64,000 nucleotides of DNA from Octopus vulgaris (GCA_951406725.2 OX597820.1:45880001-45944000); one strand, 5' to 3'; counted from the first letter of the stretch, positions 28,766 to 42,030 are shown. A program made the numbers and translations. Notes: generated from the sequence alone by a model not told the origin.

Positions 28766-30445
28766 TTTCTTTTCTTCTTTCAAATTTGGTTCCATTTCTT
28801 GCCGAGTGTCTTCCCGACTCCTAGGGCAAAGAAACTCATAGTATACATTGGTAGGCCATTAAACCAAACTCAATAGTTCGTTCATTTTATTTATTTATTT
28901 TTTTTAAAGTTAAATTAAAATACATGAGCAGCAACAGTTCTCACATCGACAATGCTCTTCTCAATACGTGTGATGTACCAGTTAAGACAATCTTTTGCAC
29001 TTCTTGCAGGGATGGTAAGCCAGGGATCATTCTCATATAATTTTCGGTTCCCTTCTTGATCATTCCTAGTGCTCCTACGATCACTGGTATTGTAACCGCC
29101 TTCAGATGCCACATTTTCTCAATTTCAATGAGTAGGTCTTTATATTTTCTGAGCTTGTCAAACTCTTTCGCTGAGATATTATGATCACAGGGGATGCTCA
29201 TGTCGATCAATAAGCAAACTTTATTGTTTTGGCCTTTCACAACAATATCTGGTTTATTGGCCTTGATGGTTCGGTCTGTATGTACTGGAAAGTCCCACAG
29301 AATGGTTACATTTTCTCCTTCAGTTACAGCCTCAGGGTGGTGATTATACCACTTGTCGGCAGTTTTGATATTGTAATGCCGACTTATTAGCCAGTGGAGA
29401 TATTGGCCAACTCTGTCATGTCTTAATTTATACTCCACTGGTGCTAAGACTTTACATCCAGAGATTAGGTGGTCCACTGTTTCAATCATGTCGTTGCAGA
29501 ATCGGCATTTTGGGTCTGCTCTATTTTTCATCACATTGGCCTGGTAGTTCCGGGTTAATAGGCTTTGATCTTGAGCAGCCAGGATGAAACCTTCGCTCTC
29601 TGCTTTTAGCCCTGAGCTCCGTAGCCACTGATGGGTTTGCTTCTGGTCAACATCAGCTTGTTTGCTGCGGGTCACATATTTGCCGTGCAGAGGTTTCTCC
29701 TCCCACCTATCAGCCAATTGCTCGTGCGCTTTTTTCGTTGCCATCATTTTCACCTTCTTTGCAACAATAGTTGCCGTACTTCCCTTGGGTTGTTCAGTTT
29801 GGGTATCCTGCACGAGATCAATAGCAAATTTTTTGCTTTCCTTTATAATAGAATGAAGCTTCTTTCGTCTCTCGTGATTTTCCACGAGCTTTAGCATCCA
29901 GTCATTCGATATTTCGAGATATTTGGCCAGTCCAATTGTGGTTGTTTTGTAAGCTAGTTCAAATTGGATCAGGCCTCGACCTCCTTGGGCTCTGGGAAGG
30001 TAAAGGCGATCTACGTCTGCCTTTGGGTGGTGCATCCTATTACAACTCAGCAGCTTGCGTATTTTCCTATCTATATTCTTTACTTCACTCATATTCCAGT
30101 TCAACACATTGTAGCTATAAGTAACAACTGGAACTGCTAAGGAATTTATAGCTAACACCTTGTTACGTGCATTTAGTTCAGATTTCAGGACTGCACGAAC
30201 TCTCCTATAACATTCCTTCCTGATCTTCTCTTTCATGCTTGCATGCTGAATACCAGAGCCTTCATTTATCCCTAAATATTTGTATGTTTGTTCTTGCTCA
30301 AGCTCTCTTATGACTGTGTAAACATCTAACACGACTGAATTTGTGGTCTTCACTTTCCCTTTCTGGAAAGTGGCCTTGGCACACTTCTCAAGTCCAAACT
30401 CCATCCCGATGTCATCGCTGAATGCTTTCACGGTGCGCAAAAAAA
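28764..30445 (-). mobile_element. 5'-truncated R4/Dong non-LTR retrotransposon with about 500 uninterrupted codons (RT end, CCHC, restriction-like endonuclease)
   Basis: FSDDIGMEFGLEKC, YKYLG, AAQDQSL, CRFC..ETVDHLISGC, RHD, KPDIVV..LIDMSIP, K..KY. Stop codon at 28941. Flanked by (TTA)n on both sides. Confidence 0.92.
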
Positions 30446-30484
<39 letters not shown>

Positions 30485-30485
<1 letters not shown>

Positions 30486-30712
30486 GACTTCAGATAGACA
30501 GTACTCTACGCAATATGCGTATAGTTCCAAGTAATGCCGACTTTTGCAATACATCTAGATGGTAGGGTATTTCTAAGGGTTTCAGATGTTTTTTTTCCAG
30601 ATTGGGTGGTATTAAACCCAATACTCCGATGACAATAGGGATAACCTTTATGTTCAACTCTCGTAGCTGTCACATCTTAGCGATCTCAATTCTCAGGGAT
30701 CCATATTTATCA
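30485..30712 (-). mobile_element. R4/Dong 3'-end fragment
   Basis: DKYGSLRIEIAKM..KVIPIVIGVLG..LQKSALLGTIRILRRVLSI. Confidence 0.75.
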
Positions 30713-30787
<75 letters not shown>

Positions 30788-30824
30788 TTTTACCCCCATA
30801 TTATTATTATCATCATCATCATCA

Positions 30825-31373
30825 TTGATCGAGAGAGCAGTGCAGGCTATCAAAGTGACACTGGGGTAAAATATACAAAGCCCAGTATACCCATCATGAC
30901 TACCCGTCTGATAAAGGCACATGCATCACAGCCATATATATATGCAACATGGTGATCTCATATCAAGAAAAACAGTGAATGACCTTGCAGGTGGGGCCCA
31001 GTTAGAATTTTCTTCTGGTCGAGTAACCCATCCCGCTCAAAAGGGTCCTTGAATAAGTGTTATTTAAGGGTGTTGAACGAAACACCCATGTTTCCACAGG
31101 TGAATTATTCAAACCCCAAAGAATCCTTCTCAACATATGGCTATGATGCTCCCCCACTACTTCTGCTCGTGATCAGAGATGCACATATTGTCAGCCACTA
31201 AGGGACATACTCAACTGGTTAAGGTCAAACAACTGACAAGCAAATCTGGTATTGAGCAGAATATTTGCTGTAGCCCATCTTTTACACCAAGACAAAACAA
31301 TGTATATGATAACACTTCCAATCAGTTAAGATCAGATGTCATGAGAGCCACTGCCTGGTACTGCATCAGAGCA

Positions 31374-31376
<3 letters not shown>
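30825..31376. mobile_element. Unclassified non-coding element (about 550 bp) between ATT-type repeats
   Basis: Complex, GC-richer sequence with sharp boundaries inside the TAA/Dong cluster and no credible ORF. Confidence 0.45.
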
Positions 31377-31404
<28 letters not shown>

Positions 31405-31428
31405 CATTATTATTACTATTACTATTAC

Positions 31429-31476
<48 letters not shown>

Positions 31477-31489
31477 TACTATTATTATT

Positions 31490-31700
31490 CAGTAGTTTTA
31501 TTTTTATAGCGTGCTTTCACTTCACTACCGAGCGCAGCTCTGTGTGCCTTAGGTATGTGCTGTGATTTGTTGTGATGCTCTGATGGTTATTGTATGGAAA
31601 GTGTTCTGCGTAGGATGTGTGCAGTGCCTAGTAGTGCAATTTTCTGTATGTTATATGTGTTTGTAAGTCCTGATGTTTTTGTTATGTATTTGTCTGAATA

Positions 31701-31705
<5 letters not shown>
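31490..31705 (-). mobile_element. R4/Dong 3'-end fragment with 3' UTR
   Basis: KYSDKYITKTSGL..IQKIALLGTAHILRRTLSIQ*, flanked by (TTA)n. Confidence 0.8.
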
Positions 31706-31776
<71 letters not shown>

Positions 31777-32149
31777 CCTGTATTTGTTTTGATATTAACA
31801 AAAATCGATCTTGTTTGTAAAAACTTTGGATCTGCGTTTGCAACCCCTAAGTAAATTTCGTTCCCGCGCTTATGCACATACAAACATTTAAGTTCACATC
31901 CGAAATATGGCCTTCACTCAACAACACACTTTAAACACTAATCCTGTCCTACGTGTTGCGTCCATTTCCATCCTTTTATCTCTTTTAATTCTGTGATGAC
32001 AATATATATGTTGCGTCCACTTGACATGCACATACCTCTCCAACTACTTAGTTCAATTAACAAACATTTTCCCATACCCTCTTCCTCCGATCTTACTATT
32101 CCCTGGAATACCGGAATATCCACGTAGGCATCAAGCAACAGAAATTCAA

Positions 32150-32155
32150 CTGCTG

Positions 32156-32217
<62 letters not shown>

Positions 32218-32251
32218 GATACTACTACTGCTACTGCTGCTGCTGCTGCTG

Positions 32252-32283
<32 letters not shown>

Positions 32284-32320
32284 GCTGCTGCTGCTACTAC
32301 TACTACTGCTGCTGCTGCTG

Positions 32321-32367
<47 letters not shown>

Positions 32368-32389
32368 GCTACTGCTGCTGCTGCTGCTG

Positions 32390-32488
<99 letters not shown>

Positions 32489-32506
32489 TTGCTACTGCTG
32501 CTGCTG

Positions 32507-32571
<65 letters not shown>

Positions 32572-32572
32572 G
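32150..32572. repeat. Compound (CTA)n/(CTG)n trinucleotide array of about 420 bp
   Basis: Directly visible. Confidence 0.95.
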
Positions 32573-33316
32573 TTTTTGCTGCTAGCGCCATCAACACGAT
32601 ATACATACGCCTACATAACGCCCCCCCTCACACACGCGCGCATGCACGCACATGCATGAACGAAGGCCCTCATGTCACCTAAATTATGAGAGTGTAGTTG
32701 TAAATGACGTAAACGTCTCGAGGCATTTCTGTGGCAACTTATCGGTTTAACCTTTTTTCTTTTTCCTTTTGCTTTTTCGGTGATCTCTCCCCCTCCCCTC
32801 CATCGTAGCTTGTTGCTGCCAGATGCCAGCTCTAGATTGTTGGCGTCACTAGATCAGATGGAAAAACCTGCCAGAGATATGAAATAATGATAAAAAATAC
32901 TACTAATAATAAAAAATAAGACAAATTCGCGCTGGAAGGTAACGAACGAGACAAAAAAAAAACGGCCTCACTCCGGAACTTATTGGATTTGAACGCTCCC
33001 GGCTAAAATTAATGTTTCATAAATCCTAGTAGCCGTCTAAGACATTGGCAACTTTGGCAAGATATTATTAACTGTGATTTTGTGATTTGAAGAAACATAT
33101 TGAAGGCGTAGTTTTTGCACAATGTGATACATGTCAGGCAGAGTTTGTATGTTTCTTGATCTAGTACCTTACTGCTATAACTCGCATGCGTTAATTTATG
33201 CCTAAAGCAGAAGCTAATAATGTGTAATTGTTGATAAAGCAATGTAGTGTGTGTGTGTGTGTGTGTGTATGTGTGTGTGTTTGTAAATATATATACCATA
33301 AAAAATTATGTGCACA

Positions 33317-33387
<71 letters not shown>

Positions 33388-33613
33388 GCACACACATATA
33401 TTTACTACCCACAAGGAGCAACACACAGAGGGGCCAAACAAGGACAGACAAACGGATTAAGTCGATTACATCGACCCCAGTGCGTAACTGGTACTTAATT
33501 ACTTAATTCATCGACCCCGAAAGGATGAAAGGCAAAGTCGACCTTGGCAGAATTTGAACTCAGAACGTAACGGCAGACGAAATACGGCTAGGCATTTCGC
33601 CCGGCGTGCTAAC

Positions 33614-33743
<130 letters not shown>

Positions 33744-34118
33744 ACAGTTGTCTCGTGTTTTCAAAGGAAAAATAAAGATAATAGAAATATAAAATATGCA
33801 ATTATCGAGTGCGTGTATTTGTGTGTGTATATACATATCATGTATATATCATGTATATATATCATGTATATATATATAGGCGTTAGAGTGGCTGTGTGGT
33901 TAGTAGCTTGCTTACGAACCTCATGGTTCTGGGTTCAGTCCCACTACGAGGCACCTTGGGCAAGTGTCTTCTACTATAGCCTCAGGCCGACTAAAGCCTT
34001 GTGAGTGGTAGACGGAAACTGAAAGAAGCCCGTCGTATATATGTATATATATATGTATATATATATATATATATATATGAGATGTTGCGGGGACAAACAC
34101 AGACACACAAACATATAG

Positions 34119-34183
<65 letters not shown>

Positions 34184-34610
34184 TGTGTTTGTCCCCGCAA
34201 CATCTCTTGACAACCGATGCTGGTGTGTTTACGTCCCCGTAACTTAACGGTTCGGCAAAAGAGAGCGATAGAATAAGTACTAGGCTTACAAAGAATAAGT
34301 TCTGGGGTCGATTTGCTCGACTAAAGGCGGTGCTCCAGCATGGCCACAGTACAATGACTGAAATAAATAAAAGAGTAAAATATGTATATCTACATATACA
34401 TATATATATGTGCATATATTATATTTCATATCTTTATTGTATGTATGTACATATATATGAATGGTAGCGCGCGCGCGTGCCGTTGTATACTACGTGTCCT
34501 CCGGCCTACTTCTGTTGCCTGTCGGATTTCACGATGTTCTCGGGATTTCGAGTCCAATCTTTCACTAAAATCACGGGTAGTTTGCTTCCAATTCGTTTCC
34601 ACGCCTTGTG

Positions 34611-34684
<74 letters not shown>

Positions 34685-35123
34685 CGATGATGATGATGAT
34701 AATAATAATAATAATAATTCTTCATCCCAGAAATTCATACAAGAATTTTCTCGAGTTCTTCTCACAGATAGTTGGGTTTGATTCTTGTATGATATAAACA
34801 TTGTTTTGTCTACTTTTTTGGTGAGAATGTGCGGATGTTCATCAAATTTCAGAAAATGTTTATTTCCATGAAGTTTAGTCATATATTTAGTTTAAGATCC
34901 GTGCTTTTAATTCTACACTGGTTATGTTTTATCTTTTACTTGAATCAGTCACTGGAGTGCGGCCATGAGGGGGCGGCGCTTTGAAGGGTTTTATTCGAAC
35001 GAATCGATCCCAGAACTTATTTTTTTTAAAGCCTGGTATTCATCAGGTCGGATCCTTTTGCCGAACCGCTAAGTTACGGGGACGTAAACAAAACATCACC
35101 GGTTGTCAAATGGTGGTGGAAAG

Positions 35124-35160
<37 letters not shown>

Positions 35161-36138
35161 ATCTACAATTGCCTTCTTTTAGTTTCCGTCAACCAAATCC
35201 ACTGACAAGGTTCTGGTCGGCCCCGGGCTATAATAAAAGGCATTTGTCTTGGGTGCCATGCAGTGGGACTGAACCCGGAGCCATGACATTTGGAGGCAAA
35301 CCGCTTGCCACGTTTGCGCCTAGTTAAGTAAATTTAAATCTGATATATGCAATTATATATTTTTTCTGTGGATCTTTAAAACAACTAATCCTACCATTTT
35401 ACTTAAGATAATCTCTAGTTAGTACCTGTCATCTATACTTATTCTATAGAACCTTACCATGCTACAGCAGTCAAGTAAGATTAGGTAAGTTATGGGTACA
35501 GTAGCTTTTTTCTTTCTCAGAAACTATGCAATCATTATTTTTCTATCTTTTACTTACCTCAGTTATTGGAGTGCGGTCATAGAATTTTTAGTCGAATGAA
35601 TTGACCCTAGTACGTTTTTTTTTTTATAGCCTGGTACTTATTTTACCGGTCACTTTGCCGAACCGCTAAGTTACAGGGACATAGACACAATACCACCTGT
35701 TGTCAAGCGGTAGTGAGGACAACCACAAACACGAACACGCACGCACACAAGCACACTCATACACACACACACATATATGCGACGGGCTTCTTTTAGTTTC
35801 CGTCGACCAGATCCACTCACAAGGCTTTGATCGGCTCGAGGCTATAGTATAAGGCACTTGCCCAAGGTGCCACGCAGTGGGAGTGAATCTGGAAACATGT
35901 GGTTGGAAAGCAAACTTCTTATCACGCAGCCACGCCTGCGCTTTTGTGTTTCTATAAATATTAAATCTCCAATTAACCATATTTTACTTGTGTGTTCGTT
36001 AATGCTAAGTAATACACCCAACTTCGTGCCAATGTATTCTTTTGAGAATTGTATATAAGTATTTACCACTGCTATTTTCCGTTAACAATATTGTGATTTT
36101 TAAAAATAGTTTCATTGGTCTAAAAGGAATATATTTTA

Positions 36139-36540
36139 CTAGCAGAGATACCCGGCGTTGCCCGGTTACATTCAATTGAAGAATTAGACTTTTCTGTTAT
36201 ATTTTCTGTAATGAACTGGAATATCTATGTTTCGAATTTCATCAAAATTGTAGATGAGGGTTATTTCCCTTTTTAGACACCCTAAAAAAATTGTAATCGT
36301 GCCACATGTATCCCATACTACTGATTTTTATGCGCATATTCGAAAATTCCAGTCTTATTGAACCTGTTAAAAAGATTTTGCTCCTGAAAAATGAAGGCCA
36401 TGGAGCTCTAAAATGTGAGAGTTAAGGCCCCTGTTTGGGGTGGGCGTCTTAATGTCAACCAGAGAAGTTGAATTGTTGAAAATCTTTTTAACTTAGGTCT
36501 TATATCCATTGTTTGAATTTCTTTGAAATAGGAAATATAT
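36139..36540 (-). mobile_element. Non-autonomous Helitron-like fragment
   Basis: Minus-strand 3' end has the hairpin CCGG-gcaacg-CCGG followed by CTAG-T. The other end is unclear. Confidence 0.55.
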
Positions 36541-36814
36541 GTTCACTGGGTTTGTAAAAGAGAGTAAAGCTACAGAAAACCAAAAAACGAATGATTACAA
36601 TAAGCAGTCAATTACCCTACCCTAGTCGTTACCACTCCCAATGTAGGATTCCTCACAATCCAGGTGACAGGCACAGCCGTAAGATGCATTACGAATCTAT
36701 AGCAATTGGAAGGGCGTGACCCAACTGAAATAAACATTAACAACTGTGTAACGTGAGGGCTAAGGAGAAATGAAAGTTGGAGTGTGGGGGGTAACATTAA
36801 TTGCTGGCAAGATG

Positions 36815-37700
36815 CCGAAAAGTGTAACTTCGTCTGGCGAAGAGTCGTCAACCAACAGGGAGGCAAAAAAGATCGGAAGTTTAATATTTAGCGATATTTC
36901 GGATTCTTCTGAAAATGAATTTCCCCAATATGTACTTTTGTAAGAGGAATATTGACGTGAAAAGCCTTCAAACAGAAGAAATTAAACAAAAAAGAATTTT
37001 TGCGTCAGCGGCTGGAGGTGGAACCCGCCAGCTGTCGACAAACAAAAATGACCTGATAAAGTACAAAGATATGATAACAATTCCCGGAAGAACTATCAAT
37101 GTTCGAAAAAAGAAAAACAATTAATTTTAAATCTTACTGTCTAAAAGGAAAAAAAAAATTGATCAGGTGAGCGAAGAGAGAAGTGCTTGAAACCTATCTG
37201 GCAGGATATCACATATCTAGCCAGAGGGAAGAAGTTTGGTACTATCGAAGTACGACTAAAAGATATAGAAACTGCACAATGCACTCAGTTAAATCTTTAC
37301 AAACGGAGGACGTTGTTTTAATTCCAATATACATGGAAATGAGGACGTCAAAGATACGTATACCAATGGCCACACCTCAAGTCAACCCTATGTGATTGAT
37401 AGCGGCAGTCCTGGCGAAAAAGAAGATAATATAACACTCCTTCAGGCTACCATCACAGAAAAGGCTTATTGAACCGGTCAAACGGTTCACCTCCTAATAC
37501 AAGCAGAACAGTCAATTTTAGAACAGTTACAGGAGAAAATAGAAATTGGGGAGGAATTCCTTAACGTATACGTCGAGGGGCGTAAGCCCCGATGTTTCCA
37601 ACCCAACCCGTTTGTGATAGTGACACCAATGCTATAGCGTCGACTGTGGACTGGTAGCTGTGTACAGTCGACCCAATGTCGCCCAGAGCGAGCTGTACAT
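36815..37700 (+). mobile_element. Degraded homolog of the ORF1-only element at 15885
   Basis: VKSLQTEDVVLIPIYMEMRTSKIRI..*LIAAVL..VYVEGRKPRCF aligns by eye with TKTIKTEKVILLPSYMNQRINRIRV..WVVAAII..VEGRAPRCY. Confidence 0.6.
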
Positions 37701-37984
37701 ATATGTAGGCATACATGTGTATGTAAGTATGTGTGTGTGTATGTGAGTCTATATGCGTGTGTATGTAGGTATAGTTTGAAAGTAGTCGTCAGGAAGAGAG
37801 AAGATTAGAAACTATGAATAGAATTCGGCACAATTGGATGGAATAAATTAATAATGACGGTAAAAAGGTGAGAGCAACAGGTGTGGCATTAGTTCCATTA
37901 CTTTCAAAGACTTTGGAACTGTTTGAAAAATCTTTGAAAGCAGTAAAACGAGCCTACATTAACTTCAGTCGTCACTTCTTTGCC

Positions 37985-38054
<70 letters not shown>

Positions 38055-38121
38055 GATTGTAAAGTAACTCCCTATTTTAAAATACTCGTAAGATTCTTTA
38101 TGTGAGTTGGTGTGTTGAAAC

Positions 38122-38430
38122 ATACTTTGCTTTGTCTGTGGAGAGTCATTCTCTTGTGCCTTATTATTTAACACACGCACCGGTTCAGTTTCCCCTCATT
38201 TACTTCTTTATTTTTGCTAAAATTTTCGTTGTGTCTTGCAACCTTTTCAATAGTCATTAACTCTGTCCGTTCTCGGATAACGGACAGTCAGTAACTATTG
38301 AAACGATTGCGAGACGCAACGAAAACTTTAGAAAGAATAAATAAGTAAGTGAGAGGAAACTTAACCAGTGAGTGTGTTCAATAATAAGGCACAACAAGAG
38401 AATGACCCTCCCCAGACACAACAAAATATA
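38122..38430. repeat. Imperfect fold-back inverted repeat of about 300 bp
   Basis: Left arm TGTCTG..GAGAGTCATTCTCTTG..TGCAACCTTTTCAATAGT pairs with ACTATTGAAACGATTGCG..CAAGAGAATGAC..CAGACA. Centre is CTGTCCGTT-loop-AACGGACAG. Confidence 0.85.
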
Positions 38431-38936
38431 AACTGTTTATTAATTGTAATTTTTTTCTCAATTTTTTTTAAAGTACAAGTAAAAGATACTAAAAGCTTTC
38501 CTCTCATATGAATTTTTTTAATAAAAAACTATAATTAATAAATAAATAGCGGAACCGTGAATATTTCACGGAATTAATGGTAAACCTATCGAGTTATTTC
38601 TGAAAACTTTATCCAAGAAACCGGAAAGCGTAGCCTGTGTTGTGTCTGTATGGAAAGACAGTCTCTCGTCTGCTAATCATTGAAAAGTGAAAGAAATTAG
38701 AACACGATGATTACTTAATGCACTTTGTATACTCTTTACTCTTTTACTTGTTTCAGTCATTTGACTGCGGCCATACTGGAGCACCGCCTTTAGTCGACCA
38801 AATCGACCCCGGGACTTACTCTTTGTAAGCCCAGTACTTATTCTATCGGTCTCTTTTGCCGAACCGCTAAGTGACGGGGACGTAAACACACCAGCATCGG
38901 TTGTCAAGCAATGCTAGGGGGACAAACACAGACACA

Positions 38937-39020
<84 letters not shown>

Positions 39021-39470
39021 TACGACAAGCTTCTTTCAGTTTCCGTCTACCAAATCCACTCACAAGGCATTGGTCGGCCTGGGTCTATAGCAGAAGGCAC
39101 TTGCCCAAGATGCCACGCAGTGGGACTGAACCCGGAACCATGTGGTTGGTTAGCAAGCTACTTACCACACAGCCACGCCTGTATATACACTTTATTATAT
39201 ACATTATGCTCAATTTTATAGACTTAATACACAGTGCTCATAAAATAAACTTTCACTCATTTTTTCCCATTTTTCCATAAAAAAAAAGGTATCCCGTACG
39301 TATGATACAACCTTTTCTTAAACTGCATATATCTGTCACTTAATTAAGCGTGAATATTTCCCGGAATTGCACCTATGTACATTTGTTAAGTGATAGGTGA
39401 TATAAAAAAAAATTAGTTCAATTTAAAAAAAAACATTTTTCACTATCCAATCATCGCCACCACCACCACC

Positions 39471-39526
<56 letters not shown>

Positions 39527-39621
39527 CATCATCGTCATCATCACTCTCTCGCTCTCTCCGCCTCCTATCTCTCTCTCTCTCCCTCCTCTTTATCGCTCTC
39601 TTTCTCGGACTGACCAAAGCA

Positions 39622-39682
<61 letters not shown>

Positions 39683-39936
39683 GTGCGCGTTTAATCTTTC
39701 ATTTGTTTCAATCTTTGGACTGCAGCCCACGATGGGGCACCGCCCTGAAGGGTTAAGTAAAACAAATCGACCCCTGGGTCTACTTTTAAGTCTTGTACTT
39801 ACTCTATCAGTGATTTTTATTTAATAGGGATATAAATATACTGGTTGTCAAGCAGTGGGGGTGGAGAGCAAACTCAAACATAGACAAACACACATACACA
39901 CACACAAACACTCAAACACAAACACACACACACACG

Positions 39937-39994
<58 letters not shown>

Positions 39995-40013
39995 AACACT
40001 CAAACACACACAA

Positions 40014-40046
<33 letters not shown>

Positions 40047-40239
40047 CACCTTGTGTTTGTATATGTACATTCGTTTGCCTTGTTCAGGGGCTTAATGCCT
40101 TCAGCTTAAGCCCTTTGGCCCAACTGGTTTCGAGTAGTATCGGAGAGGATTACGCGGAACTACGTGGACATTTCAGACTCCAACTGATGAAGCAATTGGC
40201 TGCGAATGATCCGTGTTTCTTGTTTTGTCCTTTTCACCG

Positions 40240-41142
40240 TTTGTCCTTTTCGGGCCGGGACCTATGGACAACTTCCAGAGATCCCTGGCCTGGCAGTGCT
40301 ACCGAGAAGCGCTACCCGTTCGGGATAAGCTCTATAGGCATGGTTCGAGAAACACGGGGCCGACCTGCCTGAGATGCGGTCAGAGCGACGAAACCGTTCT
40401 GCACGCAATCGTGCAGTGTCCAATAATCTCCGACCTGTGGACTTATGTCGAACGACTGCTGTCACGTGTGGGACGTGTCGGTTTATCAGCCGAGTCTATC
40501 GTTAATATCGCCACGCCCCCTTCCTTCAAACGGGAAGGAAGAGCTATTTTTATCATACTTGTAGCTATGGCGAAAGAATGTATCTGGTGAACGCGCCTGA
40601 AAGGATTAGAGACAAACACTTTCCTCTCTGGCCAATCTCTCATCAACTTCTTCAAGTATCACTTGAAAAGGAAAGTGAGAGTAGAGAGGCAAGTTTTGTC
40701 TAGTGAATGTTTTAAAAAAAGATGGGTGAATGTAGCAAGGATGGTACGTATGAATGACGAAGCCACTTTGAGTATGATCCTATGAACGGTAAAAATTTAA
40801 TACAGAGAGTTACTTCTTGGTAAAAAAAAATGTAACATGTGACTTCATTGACCGAGGTTACCGTGGTCTTTTCCGTAGGCTTTTCTTTCCACGGGTAAAC
40901 CTCGCCTGTCTTCCCCTTTACACTTTATATTGACATTTCTGTGGTAACGATCCCTATTGATCGATTTTTTCTTTTTCCTTTATTTTATCCCCCCCCTTTT
41001 TTTTTGCTTTTGCTTTCCTCTTTCTTTCCTTTTACGATCCCTTTTGATCGAAAACCAACCTTCCTATTTTTTATCCCCAAAAGAAAAGCTCTACCTTGTA
41101 ATTTGTCCCGTCTGTGTGCAGCCCTGTGTGGCTAATAAAGAA
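40240..41142 (+). mobile_element. L1/Tx1-clade LINE 3' end (zf-RVT region plus 3' UTR) followed by (ATCT)n
   Basis: LAWQCYREALPVRDKL..CLRCGQSDETVLHAIVQC..IW*..R, ending at 40785. Tail GTGTGCAGCCCTGTGTGGCTAATAAAGAAA. Confidence 0.85.
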
Positions 41143-41153
41143 ACATATCTATG

Positions 41154-41241
<88 letters not shown>

Positions 41242-41785
41242 CGCCCCCCTCTCTCTCTCTGCAGTTAGAATATATGTACACAGCTATATGTTTACAAATA
41301 TCATGATTTATGTAAATACCCGATATTGATTTGTGAAACCAGCAAGTGAAAATCGATTTTGCATTATTTAATAATTATATGTAAATAGTAACAACATAAG
41401 TTACATGTGTGTGCCTGTATCTCTCCCGTCTCCCCCCTCTCTCTCTCTATGTATATTCCTTTTTTGGTCTAAGTCGTTAGCCTACAAAATTAGAAGCTTT
41501 ATCCAGACCCAGCCAGAAAGTAAATATTTATATTTTGCTTGCTTGAATCAATGAGAAATGGTAAAATGCGCATATAAAAAGCCCCGGCAATGCAAATATA
41601 TCTATAAATATAATGCTTCCCCGTGTATCGGTTAAGCTACCAGCTTCGTTGTTTGTCCAGTTGAAACTTCTAATTTCGATAACATTTGTTAGGTCGGCAT
41701 AATGTAGTGGTTATTGCAGTCGTCCGATACACGATAGATATGTTGAGATAGCGGCTGGCGTTACAGTCCATGCAAGAAACTCCCT

Positions 41786-42030
41786 GACTTGGGAAACGAG
41801 ACTTTACAACATCCTCCATATTCTCCTGATCTTTCACCCACTGACTACCATTTTTTAAAGCATTTAAACACGTTGTTAAGTGATGAAATTTTCAGGTCCA
41901 AACCAGAGGTGGAATCAGCTTTCAAAGAATTCTTAGCATCAAAGCCAATAAGTTTTTATCAACAGGCATAAATAATCTCGTTGATCGATGGCAGAGATGC
42001 ATAGATGTTCAAGGCTCATACTTTGACTAA
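41786..42030 (+). mobile_element. Mariner transposase 3' fragment
   Basis: HPPYSPDLSPTDYHFLKHL..RWQRCIDVQGSYFD*. Confidence 0.85.

Noticed and set aside
30446-30554. N-terminus of the 537-aa ORF (MYCKSRH..NNNN)
   Set aside because: Chance read-through from a neighbouring Dong fragment and (TAA)n. The element is 5'-truncated and is not a gene.
34490-34612. GC-richer unique stretch with an open minus-strand frame
   Set aside because: No clear pyrimidine tract or recognisable peptide, so an exon cannot be supported.
40180-40220. CTGATGAAGCAATTGGCTGCGAATGATCC, HHR-like
   Set aside because: The GAAA is broken and stem I is absent.
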